The notes beneath the pieces are model-generated. The model ran no database searches. It was not told where the DNA came from and saw only the letters and a program-made list of their open reading frames with translations. Of a DNA stretch of 64,000 nt, positions 50,235 through 63,370 are shown one piece after another. Every line of letters starts with the position of its first letter. The stretch's first letter is position 1. The stretch is from positions 7,502,001 through 7,566,000 of the forward strand of contig NC_043009.1 of the NCBI RefSeq assembly GCF_006345805.1. The letters run 5' to 3'. This DNA comes from Octopus sinensis. Taxonomy: Eukaryota. A program made the translations under genes and the position numbers.

Positions 50235-50380
50235 GGGTGACTGGGGAAATGTAAGGGTGTGCAGGACCACTCTTGGACGGTTTTGAATAACCATAGAAAG
50301 TGCAAGCCCTCTAACTGAAAAATTGTGGATTTGTATAAAGGATACACACACAGACAGACATTTTGCCATTTATATATAGA
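50235..50380 (-). mobile_element. Probable non-autonomous Helitron 5' end
   Basis: Minus strand begins TCTATATATAAATGGCAAAATGTCTGTCTGTGTGTG. A 5'-TC, an AT-rich stretch and a (TGTC)n patch are typical of animal Helitron-N 5' ends (recall). No 3' hairpin-CTRR found. Confidence 0.45.
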
Positions 50381-50404
50381 GAGATGTCTCTGTGTGTGCG
50401 TATT

Positions 50405-50449
<45 letters not shown>

Positions 50450-50452
<3 letters not shown>

Positions 50453-50646
50453 ACCGCGTGTGTACCGTTGACGACTTTTTCCTCCGTCTTCCCTTCTCTG
50501 GATCTTTCCTTTTCCTATGCTTCTGACGAAGAGCTCGAAACGTAAAACCTCCTTCTTCCCTTCCTTCCTGAGCGTCCATAACACTATACTTGTTCCACGT
50601 CCTCACGTTGTTGTGTTTTCTCTCTGTATTTCATGTTTGGATTAAC
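50450..50646 (+). mobile_element. (TA)n-embedded short element with an intact hammerhead core
   Basis: CTGACGA 50523-50529, extra A, GAGCTC, GAAA 50537-50540, CGTA; TA runs on both sides. Confidence 0.6.
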
Positions 50647-50668
50647 TATATATATATATATTATATAT

Positions 50669-50715
<47 letters not shown>

Positions 50716-50882
50716 GCATTTATGTATGTCTATATACATTATAAATATATACTTATATGTATATTCTGTTGTGTCGGGGGAGGTCATCTTTTTTAGCCTA
50801 TAATTAACACACTCAGCGTTAAAATTATGTATATAAAAAATTATGTATACAAAAATATATATTATATATATATATATGCATG

Positions 50883-50944
<62 letters not shown>

Positions 50945-51364
50945 TGTGTGTGTGTGTGTGTATGTGTGTGTGTGCGTGTGTGTATGGGTTTGTTTGCGTG
51001 CGCGTGTAACACATGGGTTAGCTTATAGCAGTGTCCCGCTGCTTCTATTACTGTTTGTGAAGGCAGATATGCGATCGACCAACCGGCTGACACCTACTAT
51101 ATATGTTTATGCATAAAATAGAAAGCATTCTTCGTTTAAACAACCTTCGTCATGGCCTCAACAGAATGCCTGCGGAAGGAGACGATCTCTACACCTTGTT
51201 TCTATACTGAATAACCTTGCTTATCTTCGTATTGAATGGTATACTGGCAGAGTACGTTACTGTATTGAACAGCTGTTAACTGATTAATTAATATTTCAAT
51301 TATTTAGATATGAAACATGTAATCGGTAACAGAATATGTGAACACACACACGCACGCACACACA

Positions 51365-51406
<42 letters not shown>

Positions 51407-51672
51407 GCTTTTTATGGCTCGAGTTCGTATTCTAGAGCAGATGCTATATCGTCCCCGTGGGCAATATGTACATTTGCCTTCTTAAGGATTCATTACTAAT
51501 TAAGATTTGATTAATTTATTAATTAGCACTCACTCTCTCAGAATTCCTCTCTCTCACTCTGCGTTTCTCCCTATGTGTTTCTCTCCTCTTTCTGTGCATC
51601 AATATATTTATATGTATATATTATAGATATATATATATATATATATATATATAAATGCACATATAATTGTGT

Positions 51673-51716
<44 letters not shown>

Positions 51717-51735
51717 CTATAGCTATATATCTATG

Positions 51736-51770
<35 letters not shown>

Positions 51771-51814
51771 GCTCTCATTCTCTCTCTTTCTTTCTCTCTC
51801 TCTCTCTCTCTATG

Positions 51815-51845
<31 letters not shown>

Positions 51846-51981
51846 ATTCATATATACATACGTATACTCGCATGTTATATATATATATAAATATATGGCG
51901 GTGCCCCAGCATGGCCACAGGCTCATAGGCTGGAAATGAATCAATCAATCATATATGTATATGAATATGCACCATGCATGC

Positions 51982-52022
<41 letters not shown>

Positions 52023-52814
52023 TATATATAATACATAAACAACCACACAAGCATACACACAGACACACAGAGACACACTCACACACACTCACATACATAC
52101 ATATACAGTTGCACTCTCGTAATAAGCTACGGAAGTTTCGAACGTGAATATGCTAATTAATGTAGCATTTGCCTGGGTCTATGCCAGAGAGCTCTTCAAC
52201 AAAACTGTTCTTAAGGACTTGAAGTATCTGTTTTATCGTCAGTGCCGATAATAATGATGTGTGTGTGGCTAACAGTATATTACAGTTACAAATATAACCG
52301 TATAACAATAAGCAATGTAACAAGCGTTGGTTGTCTTATGATAACAGATCACGCAAATAACGAGACTAACGCTCTCACAGTTCGACCTCAACTCTCTCCT
52401 GGCTCATCTATTTATAAGACTCGTCCTGTCCACTGACAGTCACATCGTGCAGGGTTGTCTGTTCATTCCACAGCAGCAGGCGTTCTAAAGTCCAAGGACT
52501 CTATAACCAGATTATAAGATGGCATCGAACGCCATCCACCGCTTGTAGATACCTAACTGTTATAGTAGAAGCTATTGATGGGACTGACAATAAGGGGACT
52601 TGATCAGAAGTGAACTTCTGTTTATAACAACAAACGGAATTTAGCTTTCAAGAAAAATATTCAAGGATGATAGTTTATCTGTAAGGTTCTTCGTCCATCT
52701 GATAAGTTAACCGCTTGTCAGCCTTGTTAAAGATATGGCAGGGTTATGAGATTATGGTTTGGAGACAAATGAAAAATTCATGTCTCTACCATATCTTTTC
52801 TTAGTTCTTTGTTG

Positions 52815-53032
52815 CCCACAAGGGGCTAAACACAGAGAGGACAACCAAGGACAGACAAACGGATTAAGTCGATTATATCGACCCCAGTGCGTAACTGGTA
52901 TTTAATCTATCGACCCCGAAAGGATGAAAGGCAAAGTCGACCTCGGTGGAATTTGAACCCAGAACGTAACGGCAGACGAAATACCTCTTAAGCATTTCGT
53001 CCGGAATGCTAACGTTTCTGCTAACTCGCCGT
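52815..53032 (-). mobile_element. SINE type A
   Basis: Reverse complement monomer. Confidence 0.9.
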
Positions 53033-53490
53033 CCTTTCTTGATGGTCTTATGTATTCGAGTACAGTTCACAAGACCAAGAGGTTTCACGCCCAACCTATA
53101 CCGAACGGTCACAATCATCTTTTTTTTCTTTACTGTATTTAGTATCTATTCCAGACAGCATCCCAGATTATAATTTGAAAATAAGAGTCATATATTTTTA
53201 ATTTCTAGCGTATTTGAATGTAGTTTCACTTCGCTCACGTTGTACAAGCTTTTCAGAAAATAATACCAACTTAGTTTTTCTCTTCTATAACTTTAGGGTG
53301 TTATGCTCTCCAGAGATTATACGTAAGCGTACACACAGACACACGTTCATATAGAAATGATAAGGACACAAGCTTGCGGATATACATACGCACATGCAAA
53401 CACATTTGTATAGAGCGTCTTATTCACGAAAACATGCACATATACACACGTGCGTATACATATATACACATACAAACATATGTATATGTA

Positions 53491-53539
<49 letters not shown>

Positions 53540-53702
53540 ATATGTATTATATATATATATAATTATAATATTATATATATATATTATATATAATATGTAT
53601 ATATATTATATATATAGATTTATATATGTGTGTGTATGTTTGCAAGTATGTACGTATGTGTGTATATATCTATGACTATATATATGTATATGTTTATATA
53701 TG

Positions 53703-53759
<57 letters not shown>

Positions 53760-54286
53760 ATATAATATTAATATTATATATAATATATATTTATATTTAT
53801 ATATATGCACACAATATATATTTACATAAGAAGTATTTTACGTATGTTATGGAATTATTGGTGCCAATCTTCGTTTTGAATCGACTTCCGAAACCAACAG
53901 GAATTCGTTCTCATTCTTTTCTAGGCCCCACTTCAACTTTGCAGGAAAAAAAGACATACTTCTTCTATCTTCACTTTTTCTATGTAACTATTAAATAAAA
54001 GAATACGAGCAAAAATATTTTAAAAAACTCTAAGATTTGACGGAAATCAACAATTTGTACCTCACGCGGGAAAATAATTGTAAAAATATAGAAAGTAAAT
54101 GAGGATATCGGTTCTTCTGTATTTTATATTTTGTATAATATCCATCAATATATCCACACATCTATATATACACAAACCTGCGTACGAACACACGCATGGT
54201 TATATATGTGTATAATACAAAGATACATAATAGCTTTATATATACATATACATACATATATATATGTGTGTGTGTGCATATATATG

Positions 54287-54317
<31 letters not shown>

Positions 54318-54784
54318 TATACAAATGTGTGAGTGTATATGTATATACAGATATACATAGATACGTATATACATACTTACACGCATACATCATCCATGCA
54401 TACGTGTTTATGTAATATATTTATACATACATTCTTACATACAAGGATGTATACATATATGTATGATGTAAAAATATGTATATTAATAGGAGAGCTTACT
54501 TCGAAACTTGCAGACACAAACATATATATAGTTATACGTAAATACACACAAAATATATCTTGAAATATAAAGGTGTATATATATATATATTTATATATAT
54601 ATATATATATATATATTGATGTATATTTACATATACATACTTATATGTTTACATACATATATATATATATATATATATAAATGTACACACACATATATAT
54701 ATGTATGTATACATAGACTTATATATAATTATTCATTCTACCGGTTGCATACGTGCATGTGTGTATACAGAATCACAAGCTAAC

Positions 54785-54838
<54 letters not shown>

Positions 54839-55108
54839 TCACTCACTCACTCATTGATATACACACGCATTAATATGCTTCCAGAAGAATATGCATGAAC
54901 GCGAAAAACCAGCAAAAGCTCATGATAACACCATTTATACATGAATATTATATTCACATCATATCATGTCATCTTGTACAATATTTTTCTGCCGTCCCAG
55001 TTTCCACACAGAACAGAGCTTGGAAAAATATTGGGAATACAGCCAGTAAATAAATTGCTCCTAGAAGAGACTCTAAAAGATATTGATTTCCGTTTTTTGT
55101 TTTTCTAG

Positions 55109-55334
55109 CAAATATTGCATGGAGTTAGCAGATAACGCCAGCAAATACAAAATAAGGTAATTATATATCAAAGCAATTATGATACAGTCGACAAATAATA
55201 TTTGATATATGATGGAATTTCCTTCGCGTGAACTGTCATGTATTTCAGCGTATGGAGAAAATGGCGGATCAGGCAGCGTACTGGTTGTTTCAACGGGCGG
55301 CCATGTTAGTTCAGTGGACAGACATTTTACGACA
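55109..55334 (+). other. Candidate pair of spliced exons (48 nt and 86 nt) with a 92-nt GT-AG intron
   Basis: TTTTTTGTTTTTCTAG|55109..55156|GTAATT and TATTTCAG|55249..55334|GTAAGT; locally higher CpG content. No recognisable protein. Confidence 0.3.
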
Positions 55335-55826
55335 GTAAGTTAATTTAGCAACGATTTAGAGTTATCTCATAATTTGTCATTAGATAGGCTACTGAACTTT
55401 CGCTATATTGGCGTTGTTTAGGAAGAGAGCTCAATTTCTACTGGCTGTGAAAGCTACATTTAACCTCAAAGGTCTTATCGCGATATTGTATTTTGATCCT
55501 TACATGTGTGTGTATATGTGTATGTACGTATGCATGTTTGTATGTATATATATATTATATGTATATATGTATATATGTATGTATATATATATATAGTATA
55601 TATATATATATAATTATATATATATATTATATATATATATATATATATATTATGTATAAATATAAACATATATATGTATGTATGTATGTATGTATAATAT
55701 ATATAAAAACAGACATATCTATATATATGTTATTAGATACATATACATAAATATACTAATATATATATATATATATTCATTGCCTATATATATATGTATA
55801 ATTGTATGTTACATATGTATATTTAT

Positions 55827-55862
<36 letters not shown>

Positions 55863-56024
55863 ATATACTATATTTACAAATATATGTATATGTATATTTA
55901 TATATTGTACATATATGTGTGTGTTGTGTGTAAGTGTGTGTATGTATATATATATATATATATATACATGTATATATTTGTATATACATAGATATAAGTA
56001 TATATGTATATATATATATGTATG

Positions 56025-56058
<34 letters not shown>

Positions 56059-56944
56059 TGTATGTATGTATATATGTATGTATGTATGTATATATGTAAT
56101 ATATCAGGTTTCTTCTGTCAGTTAACCTCAGACATTGCTATCTATTTTTAATCTTGCTTGTGCCAAATCAAGCCTATATGAAACATATACAAATGGTGTA
56201 TTCTATATGAAACATATACCTATCATTTACTTTATTTATTTTTTTCTGTTTTTTTTCTTTCTGTTTTTGTTTTTTCTCTATTAACCTTTCAGCTATCCTC
56301 TGATCTTCCACCGAGGCTTCCAAGATTCTCAGATTTCTTTTTTGCTTTTTGTGAAAGACACTCTAGCGACGTTTCGCTGGTTTTTCTAATATATCATGGG
56401 AGCGAATCTGTCTTGGGAATTAACATCTAATATGCAATTGTCAAGTATATGAAGCAGAACAACGTCTTGGACAATATAGAAACTATCAGGGAGAACCGGC
56501 GATGAAATTCCCCACCCCAGAGAAATATCCATATCCCTGTACTAGGGTGTACTGCTGTTGGAAATAAGAGTTATCGCTGACAGAGGTTTTAGTTTCTTGG
56601 ACTATTAACTGAAAAGGTCGGTGGGTTATATTTCGTCGCCATTTCTGCTCTATGCCCCTTGAAAGATATGCATAGCTTTAGATGATTCACTCGATCACTT
56701 CGTAAATAGATATTTAAAGTTTTGTTGCTTTTAACAAGAATGACAGGATATAATTAACAAATGCTGTTAGGTCTTGTAAATGGCAAAACTATGCTAAAAT
56801 CATCGCGATGAAGGCAACAGGGCACCATCCACACATATCTGGATTCTTGAATAAGTCAATCAATCAACACAAGACCTTTATTGAGGTATTCGAACTGCAA
56901 TCACCAAACAAGATTGAGGACATTATTTGACCGCAGTTGTTTCC

Positions 56945-57140
<196 letters not shown>

Positions 57141-57169
57141 GTAAGAATGAAAAATAAATAAATTCCTTA

Positions 57170-58815
57170 ATACAGACTAAGGCTCTTCTGCAAAGATATA
57201 GGCATGGAATTTGGCATAAATATGTGTGAAATATTAGTCATATGAAGGGGACAGCTAGTCAATAGTGAAGGCATCCAATTACCAGATGGCCAGACGTTAA
57301 AACCATTGAAAGGAGGATAAAGTTATAAGTATCTAGGAGTATTAGAATCTAACAGAGTACTAACTATAGAAATGAAAACGAAAATTGAAAAGGAGTACAC
57401 CTGAAGGGTGAGGAAGCTAATGAAATCAAAGCTAAATGTTTCGAATCTAGTCAAGGCTGTAAATACTTGGGCAGTATCATTATTTAGATACTCAGCAGCT
57501 TTTGAAGATTGGACAAAAACTGAATTACCAAAGCTAGACAGAAGAACTAGGAAGGAATTCAATATGAGTGGAGGACTCCACCCAAGGGCAAGAGTGGCAA
57601 GATTATACTTACCGAGAAAGGAAGGCGGAAGAGGGTTAATATCAGTAGAAGTCTGTTTGGAGTTAGCTAGAGTTGATATAGACTCCTATGTAGGTAATAG
57701 TGAAGAAGGATTTTTAAAAGCTGCAAGAGTCGCAGCAAAAGACATAGGGAAACCAAAAATACAAACGAAGTTAAAAACCAGAAAAAAGAACAGAAATTTT
57801 CTCACTGGCACAAGAAGGTGTTGCATGGTAGATTCCCAAAGATAGATGCAACAAATAGTAGTAGTGAGACATAGTTATGGTTGCAGAACGGGAAGCTGAA
57901 GAGGGAGACAGAAAGTTTGTCAGTAGCTGCACAAGATCAAGCATTAAGGATTCATTGGATTAAAGCCAAGATAGACAAAAGCCAAGTAGATTCCCAATGT
58001 AGATTATGCAAAGCAGAAGAGAAAAGCGTTACTCATATTGTAAGTGAATGTAACATGCTGGCACTGAAAGAATACAAGAAAAGACATGACAACCTAGGAA
58101 GAGGAATCCACTAGGGGTTATGTAGAAATATAGGATTTGAACATACTGATAAATGGTATGAACATAAACCTAGTAAAGTAATAGAATGTAAGAAAAGTGT
58201 GATGATAATGGGGTGGCCAAAATGGAATGATAGATGTAAAAAAATATCAGAAAGTTAATTAGGTTTAATCTTTATTTGTGAAATACAGTTTTGAATTTGC
58301 TGCAGAAAGTGGTCTATATTTGTAGTGGGGAGGTTGAGGGGCGCTAGGAATGTGGTATGGATGCCAAAGGGGCGGCAGTCTGAAAAAGTTTGAGAACTAC
58401 TGAAGTAGATAAAGAGAATAGAAAGTGATAGATAATTGATTTTACAGTTCCAAATGATGAAAAAATTAATATGAGAATTATAGAAAAAATAGCAAAGTAC
58501 CAGGACCTAGTTATTGAATTACAGAGACTATGGAAAGTGCGGGTAAAATGTATCCCAGTAGTCATAGGTGCATTGGGAACTATCCCTGAAAATCTGAACA
58601 GATGGATAGAGGAAATAGGCATAAAACCCCATTTAGGACAGCTGCAGAAAAGAGTGTTATTAAGGACAGCTAGGATACTTAGGGGGCTTCTTGGCACATA
58701 AGGTTACTGGCTGTAAACCAACTGGAGGGTTCTTGACATCAAAGGCTACTTGTTGTAGTCCGACATTAGGATTCTTTTCTTTTCAACAGTGTAACCATTT
58801 GAGTGCATATGAATA
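57170..58815 (+). mobile_element. R4/Dong-like non-LTR retrotransposon (second subfamily), 5'-truncated, with stops and frameshifts
   Basis: KDIGMEFG, YKYLGVLE, HPRARVARLYLPRKEGGRGL, CRLCKAEEKSVTHIVSEC (CCHC) and KYQDLVIELQRLWKVRVKCIPVVIGALG (REL). AAT-rich tracts on both sides; 3' UTR differs from the 24012 element. Confidence 0.93.
58190..58402 (-). mobile_element. hAT/Charlie-like element fragment inside the LINE
   Basis: Right end reads CAGTAGTTCTCAAACTTTTT on the minus strand (58383-58402), a Charlie-type TIR; the segment is not homologous to the surrounding LINE ORF. Confidence 0.55.
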
Positions 58816-59643
58816 ACAATATTAATAATGGTGATGATGATAATGATGATAATAATAATAATGATAATAATAGTAATAATGATAATATATTGTAACGACT
58901 TGGTAGATCGATCAATACAGAAGATATTGATGAGTCATTGGTATATTTTTAATTCTGCTTCTTATTGAAAGGAACTATAAAGCCCATATATGATTCATTA
59001 ATCAGATGTATAATGAATCTCGCATTTCGTGGCGCTGTTAACTTTTGCGTGATAACTACTGTAATGAGCTGAATTGCTGTTTATTTTGTTGTTGTTGCTA
59101 TTGTTGCTGTTGTTGTTGTTGTTAGTTTGGAACGCTCATGACCTCCGAGAGGTCCTCTAACACCAGTGAGGTTAATGCCTCTCTTAAACATTTTCAAGGT
59201 GACAGCTGCAATTGAAACATACGTGGGCAGGGTATGGTTCCCAAAGAGCTACGATTCTGAAGCAGAAGGACTGTAAAAGGGATCAGTAAAGCCATACAGA
59301 GTGACGCAGTACGAGTGATCAAAAGCAGAGGAAGGCGTAGTGCGGGAATGCCTGGGTGGATTGGGTACGTAATCAGTTTACTCCGAGAGAAAGGGGCCAC
59401 CGTATTAACTTTAACGAGGAACAATCATATATGTGGGGCTGAGGTTGGTGCGTTTGGCGAACGACTTTCTGACAACTTATCAGATGAAATGAATTTCATA
59501 CAGCAGGCTAATTTTTCTTCGAAATTCCCCCGTCGCTACCAAGAATCCAAACAGTAAATTATACCACAAATACGGCTGACGTAAAAAAAACACTGCTGGA
59601 CTTATTGAATAATACATACAGATCACTAATTGTCTAGCTAAAT

Positions 59644-59991
59644 CAGGGGTTTTCAATCTTTTTTATCTATGGACCCCTTTCATTACTATTTTATTCTGGT
59701 GGACTCCCACAAAAAATCGCCTTTTCAAAAGCAGTTTTATAGAAACTCATTTCAAAATTTCTATTTCAATTTTCACACATTAACTTTTGTAGGTTGAACT
59801 ACGTAAGATGTTAGAGAAAAGAAACCTAGCTGTTTCTTGCAATACATACCAATACATACATCTAAAGCAAATTCTTTCAGGGGCCCTTAAAATAATATTG
59901 TGGATTCTCAATTTACTATTTTTTTGCATGGATCTCCAAGAACCTTATATAGACCCTCAGGAGCCATATAGACCCCGGTTCAGAACCACTG
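59644..59991. mobile_element. hAT-family MITE (348 bp) with 8-bp TSD
   Basis: Ends CAGGGGTTTTCAA and (reverse complement) CAGTGGTTCTGAA; identical AGCTAAAT at 59636-59643 and 59992-59999. Confidence 0.9.
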
Positions 59992-60214
59992 AGCTAAATG
60001 AAGGCAGCTGTTAGAGTCATGTCTATAGGCACGATGCAATGCTACTCAGATGAAGCAAAAAGAATCCCCGTTTTCACCTTCTGACATTCTCAAGCTTCGA
60101 GCATATCTTTTCTTCGCAGGAAAAACATTATTTTGTAATTTATGAATGATTCAATAGAAAATAACAGAACATATGCACTTAGCATATTTCACTACTTGTT
60201 CAACTTGCTGAATA

Positions 60215-60522
60215 TTTGTTTGTTCCTTCTCGAGCCATGCCTGGCTCATAAGGGCCGGTTTCCCAGTTTCCTTGGCGTATAGGTTCCCCACCTGGACGGG
60301 ACGCCGGTCCGTCGCAGGTGATCTGCAAGATGCAGGAGGAAAGAGTGAGAGAAAGTTGTGGCGAAAGAGTCAACAGAAGTTTCGCCATTACCTTCTGCGG
60401 GAGCCGCGTGGAGCTTAGGTGTTTCGCTCATAAACACACACACATCGCCCGGTCTGAGATTCGAACCCGCGATCCCTCGACCGCGAGTCCGCTGCTCTAA
60501 TCACTAGGCAATGTGCCTCCAC
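60215..60522 (-). mobile_element. SINE type C with 12-bp TSD
   Basis: ACTTGCTGAATA at 60203-60214 and 60524-60535. Confidence 0.93.
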
Positions 60523-60631
60523 TACTTGCTGAATATAGCTGGCAATTTCCCTTAAATCACACTGTACCATCTTAAAAATTGAATAGAGAGATATATCGAA
60601 TAATGAAGCCATATGTGTGTGTGTGTGTGTA

Positions 60632-60695
<64 letters not shown>

Positions 60696-61636
60696 TAATA
60701 CAGAAGCTGATTATGGCTAAAATGCATTTGATGCGCAAATCTGGTCAAACAGGACCTAAAGTAGCGAAAGTTACTACTTAATGACTCGACTTGCTAAAAC
60801 TAGTAGTGAAATAACCATTGAACAGCAATAATAAATCTTAGAGCGAGTTATAAACAGTAGCTGCAACACATCGTGACGTATATTTGCTATTTAAATATGG
60901 CTAACCCCTAAGGGGGTGGATGCTGCTGTAGTTTGTAGCCCCAGGAGGACACCTCCTCCAGCTGGCTTTAGACACACTTTCTGTGCCCTATCAGTATTTG
61001 CAAAGGGAAGCCATCCTTCCCGTCTTCAACTTATGATACACACGGACTCGAGTTTCATTGAACAGCGTTTTACTGATTTAAGTTGTCGAAAGACATCTTA
61101 CAAAATGTCGACCTACGTAATCCTGAAAGAAATCTGATGCCCAGACTTGAAATATATTTTACGATAGGCCTGGAAAGAGTTGATCTAAGATTAAACAACA
61201 AAGACAACAACAACAATAACAACAGCAGCAACAATAACAACAGCAACTTACTGGATCAATAGTTGTAGATTTGATATAAAGGGAGTTACCAATGTAGTCA
61301 GGACAAAATAACCAACAAAATTCATTCATCACTGGCAACTCTTCGGTTAGGTTTATTTATTCCCTGTTACGGCGGGAGGTCAGAAAATATATCTTTGTCT
61401 CCATCAGATTGTAATTTACGTCCATTTGTCTTGCCCAATATTTTGTCAAGGTAATTACAAAATGAATCTCTTTCACTCTATAACTGTAGGATGGTCTACT
61501 GGATCGGATTATTTACGGCTTTATCATATAAAGAAAGGGTCTAGGGTCTAGAAGTCAGTGGTCTGAAGTATTAGTAGTATTAGTAGTAATAGTAGTAACA
61601 GCAGCAGAAGCAGTAGCAGCGGTATTATTATTATTA

Positions 61637-61687
<51 letters not shown>

Positions 61688-61704
61688 TATTATTATTATT
61701 ATTT

Positions 61705-61744
<40 letters not shown>

Positions 61745-63282
61745 TAAGCAATACGTTGATCATCCGGATTTTGCCCGTCCTCTTAAAGAAAGGTAAAAAT
61801 CATGCGCAAACTTCTGAGCTGCGATTTGCCAGTCGTTACAACTCTAAACGAAAATACCTTGTAGCATTCTTCTTGTGAATCTCCGCATATTGAGTTCGTA
61901 TCTCCACCGCGATCAATTTTTATTTTTGTCTTGCCTTTCATCCTTTCTCGATCGATTAAACAGTTTACTTTAATACTAGAGCCCATTCTCTCACACCCTT
62001 GCTTTCCTTGTTGAAGTTAGACCTGGATACATTTTGCTACGTCGGAAAAGCCCAAAGCACTATGTGGGTGAGAAGAGTTCCAGCTTTTATAAAAGAGATC
62101 ACTCAAGATCATACATCGTTTCTCCTTACTAATGATGCTGCGAATTTACCAGATATTCCTTCCATTTCTTTATTGTTCACCATTCCTAGCAAATTAATGG
62201 CCATAAGAGGAACCGTTTCCTCTTGTGGAATATAGTTGTGTGAAATATTCACAACAGGGGGTTAACTATGCGGAAGTTTAGTTACGTCTCAATGTAGGAC
62301 AAAGAACAATTGTGATGGAAACTGATAGAGAAAAAAAATCAAAGACAAACGTTCCTTACTGCTACCGATGTTTATTGGTATATTTCGAGAAATTTGTTGT
62401 AAGAACAGCATTAAAGAAAGTGTGCTTGGCTAAATTTTAAAAGAGAAGGACAACCAGGTGATAAGATCTTTCATGTGAATGCAATGCAGTATGTCTACGG
62501 ACAAGATACTTCACTTTCATTAATCTAATTCTCCGAGATCTGAATACCAAACGTGAGAATTGCTCGCTTCTGTAGAATATGAATAAAGAGATACTCCAAG
62601 ATTATTTCGTAACACAAGTTCTGCACACAGTTTCTAAAATAGCTTTGGAAGATGCAATGCAAAAGAAACAAAAAGCCCCATTGCAAGATAGTTTTCTATT
62701 TACATTAATCACAATATTACAAACTAAGCGAGGGATGTTATCCCAGATTAGTCACCATACTTTGGCAATTGCCACATATTATGGTTGTGCCGTGGATAAA
62801 ATATTTTGGTGAATACACAAATCTCAGTACATAACCGATTAAGCCTTTACTACGCCTATTATCTGTGAGAAATATAAGAAAAACAAAAGACTCTAGCAAG
62901 AAACCGAAGACAGACCTCTCCATCTCTCCGAGGTCAATTGATCTGCTCGTTGTTACAGACATATCTCCTTTACCATCAAATATATCAATCTATCATCATA
63001 AAAAAAGGAAAGAGAAACAGTATAATGTAGACTTCGATTATATATCTGAAAAAAAAAAGGAATAACGGAATGGGTCTGCCTAGAACACGATTCATTAATC
63101 AAAAATATAGATCTAAGCAACAATAATAGCAGCAGAGATGGCAAGAAAAGATATAAAGCCATAGGAACACGTAGGTCGGTGGGGTTAAGTAGGTTTTTTC
63201 CCCACCCCCGAATGATGAGATTTTAGGTTCGTTTCCATTGCGTGTAAGTGTGAAAGCTTCGAGGCGGCTTACACTCCATCAC

Positions 63283-63313
<31 letters not shown>

Positions 63314-63370
63314 TGTATGTATGTATGTATGTATGTATGTATGTATGTATGTATGTATGTGTGTATGTAT

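Noticed and set aside
56355-56405. Minus-strand GCGAAACGTC resembling a hammerhead 3' half
   Set aside because: No CUGANGA core or stem II upstream.
59200-59480. Possible RTE C-terminal remnant (TWAGY..KSRGRR..WIGYV)
   Set aside because: The motif similarity is weak and split across frames, with no 3' repeat tail.
61408-61450. Candidate 43-nt exon
   Set aside because: Splice-site match only; no recognisable peptide.
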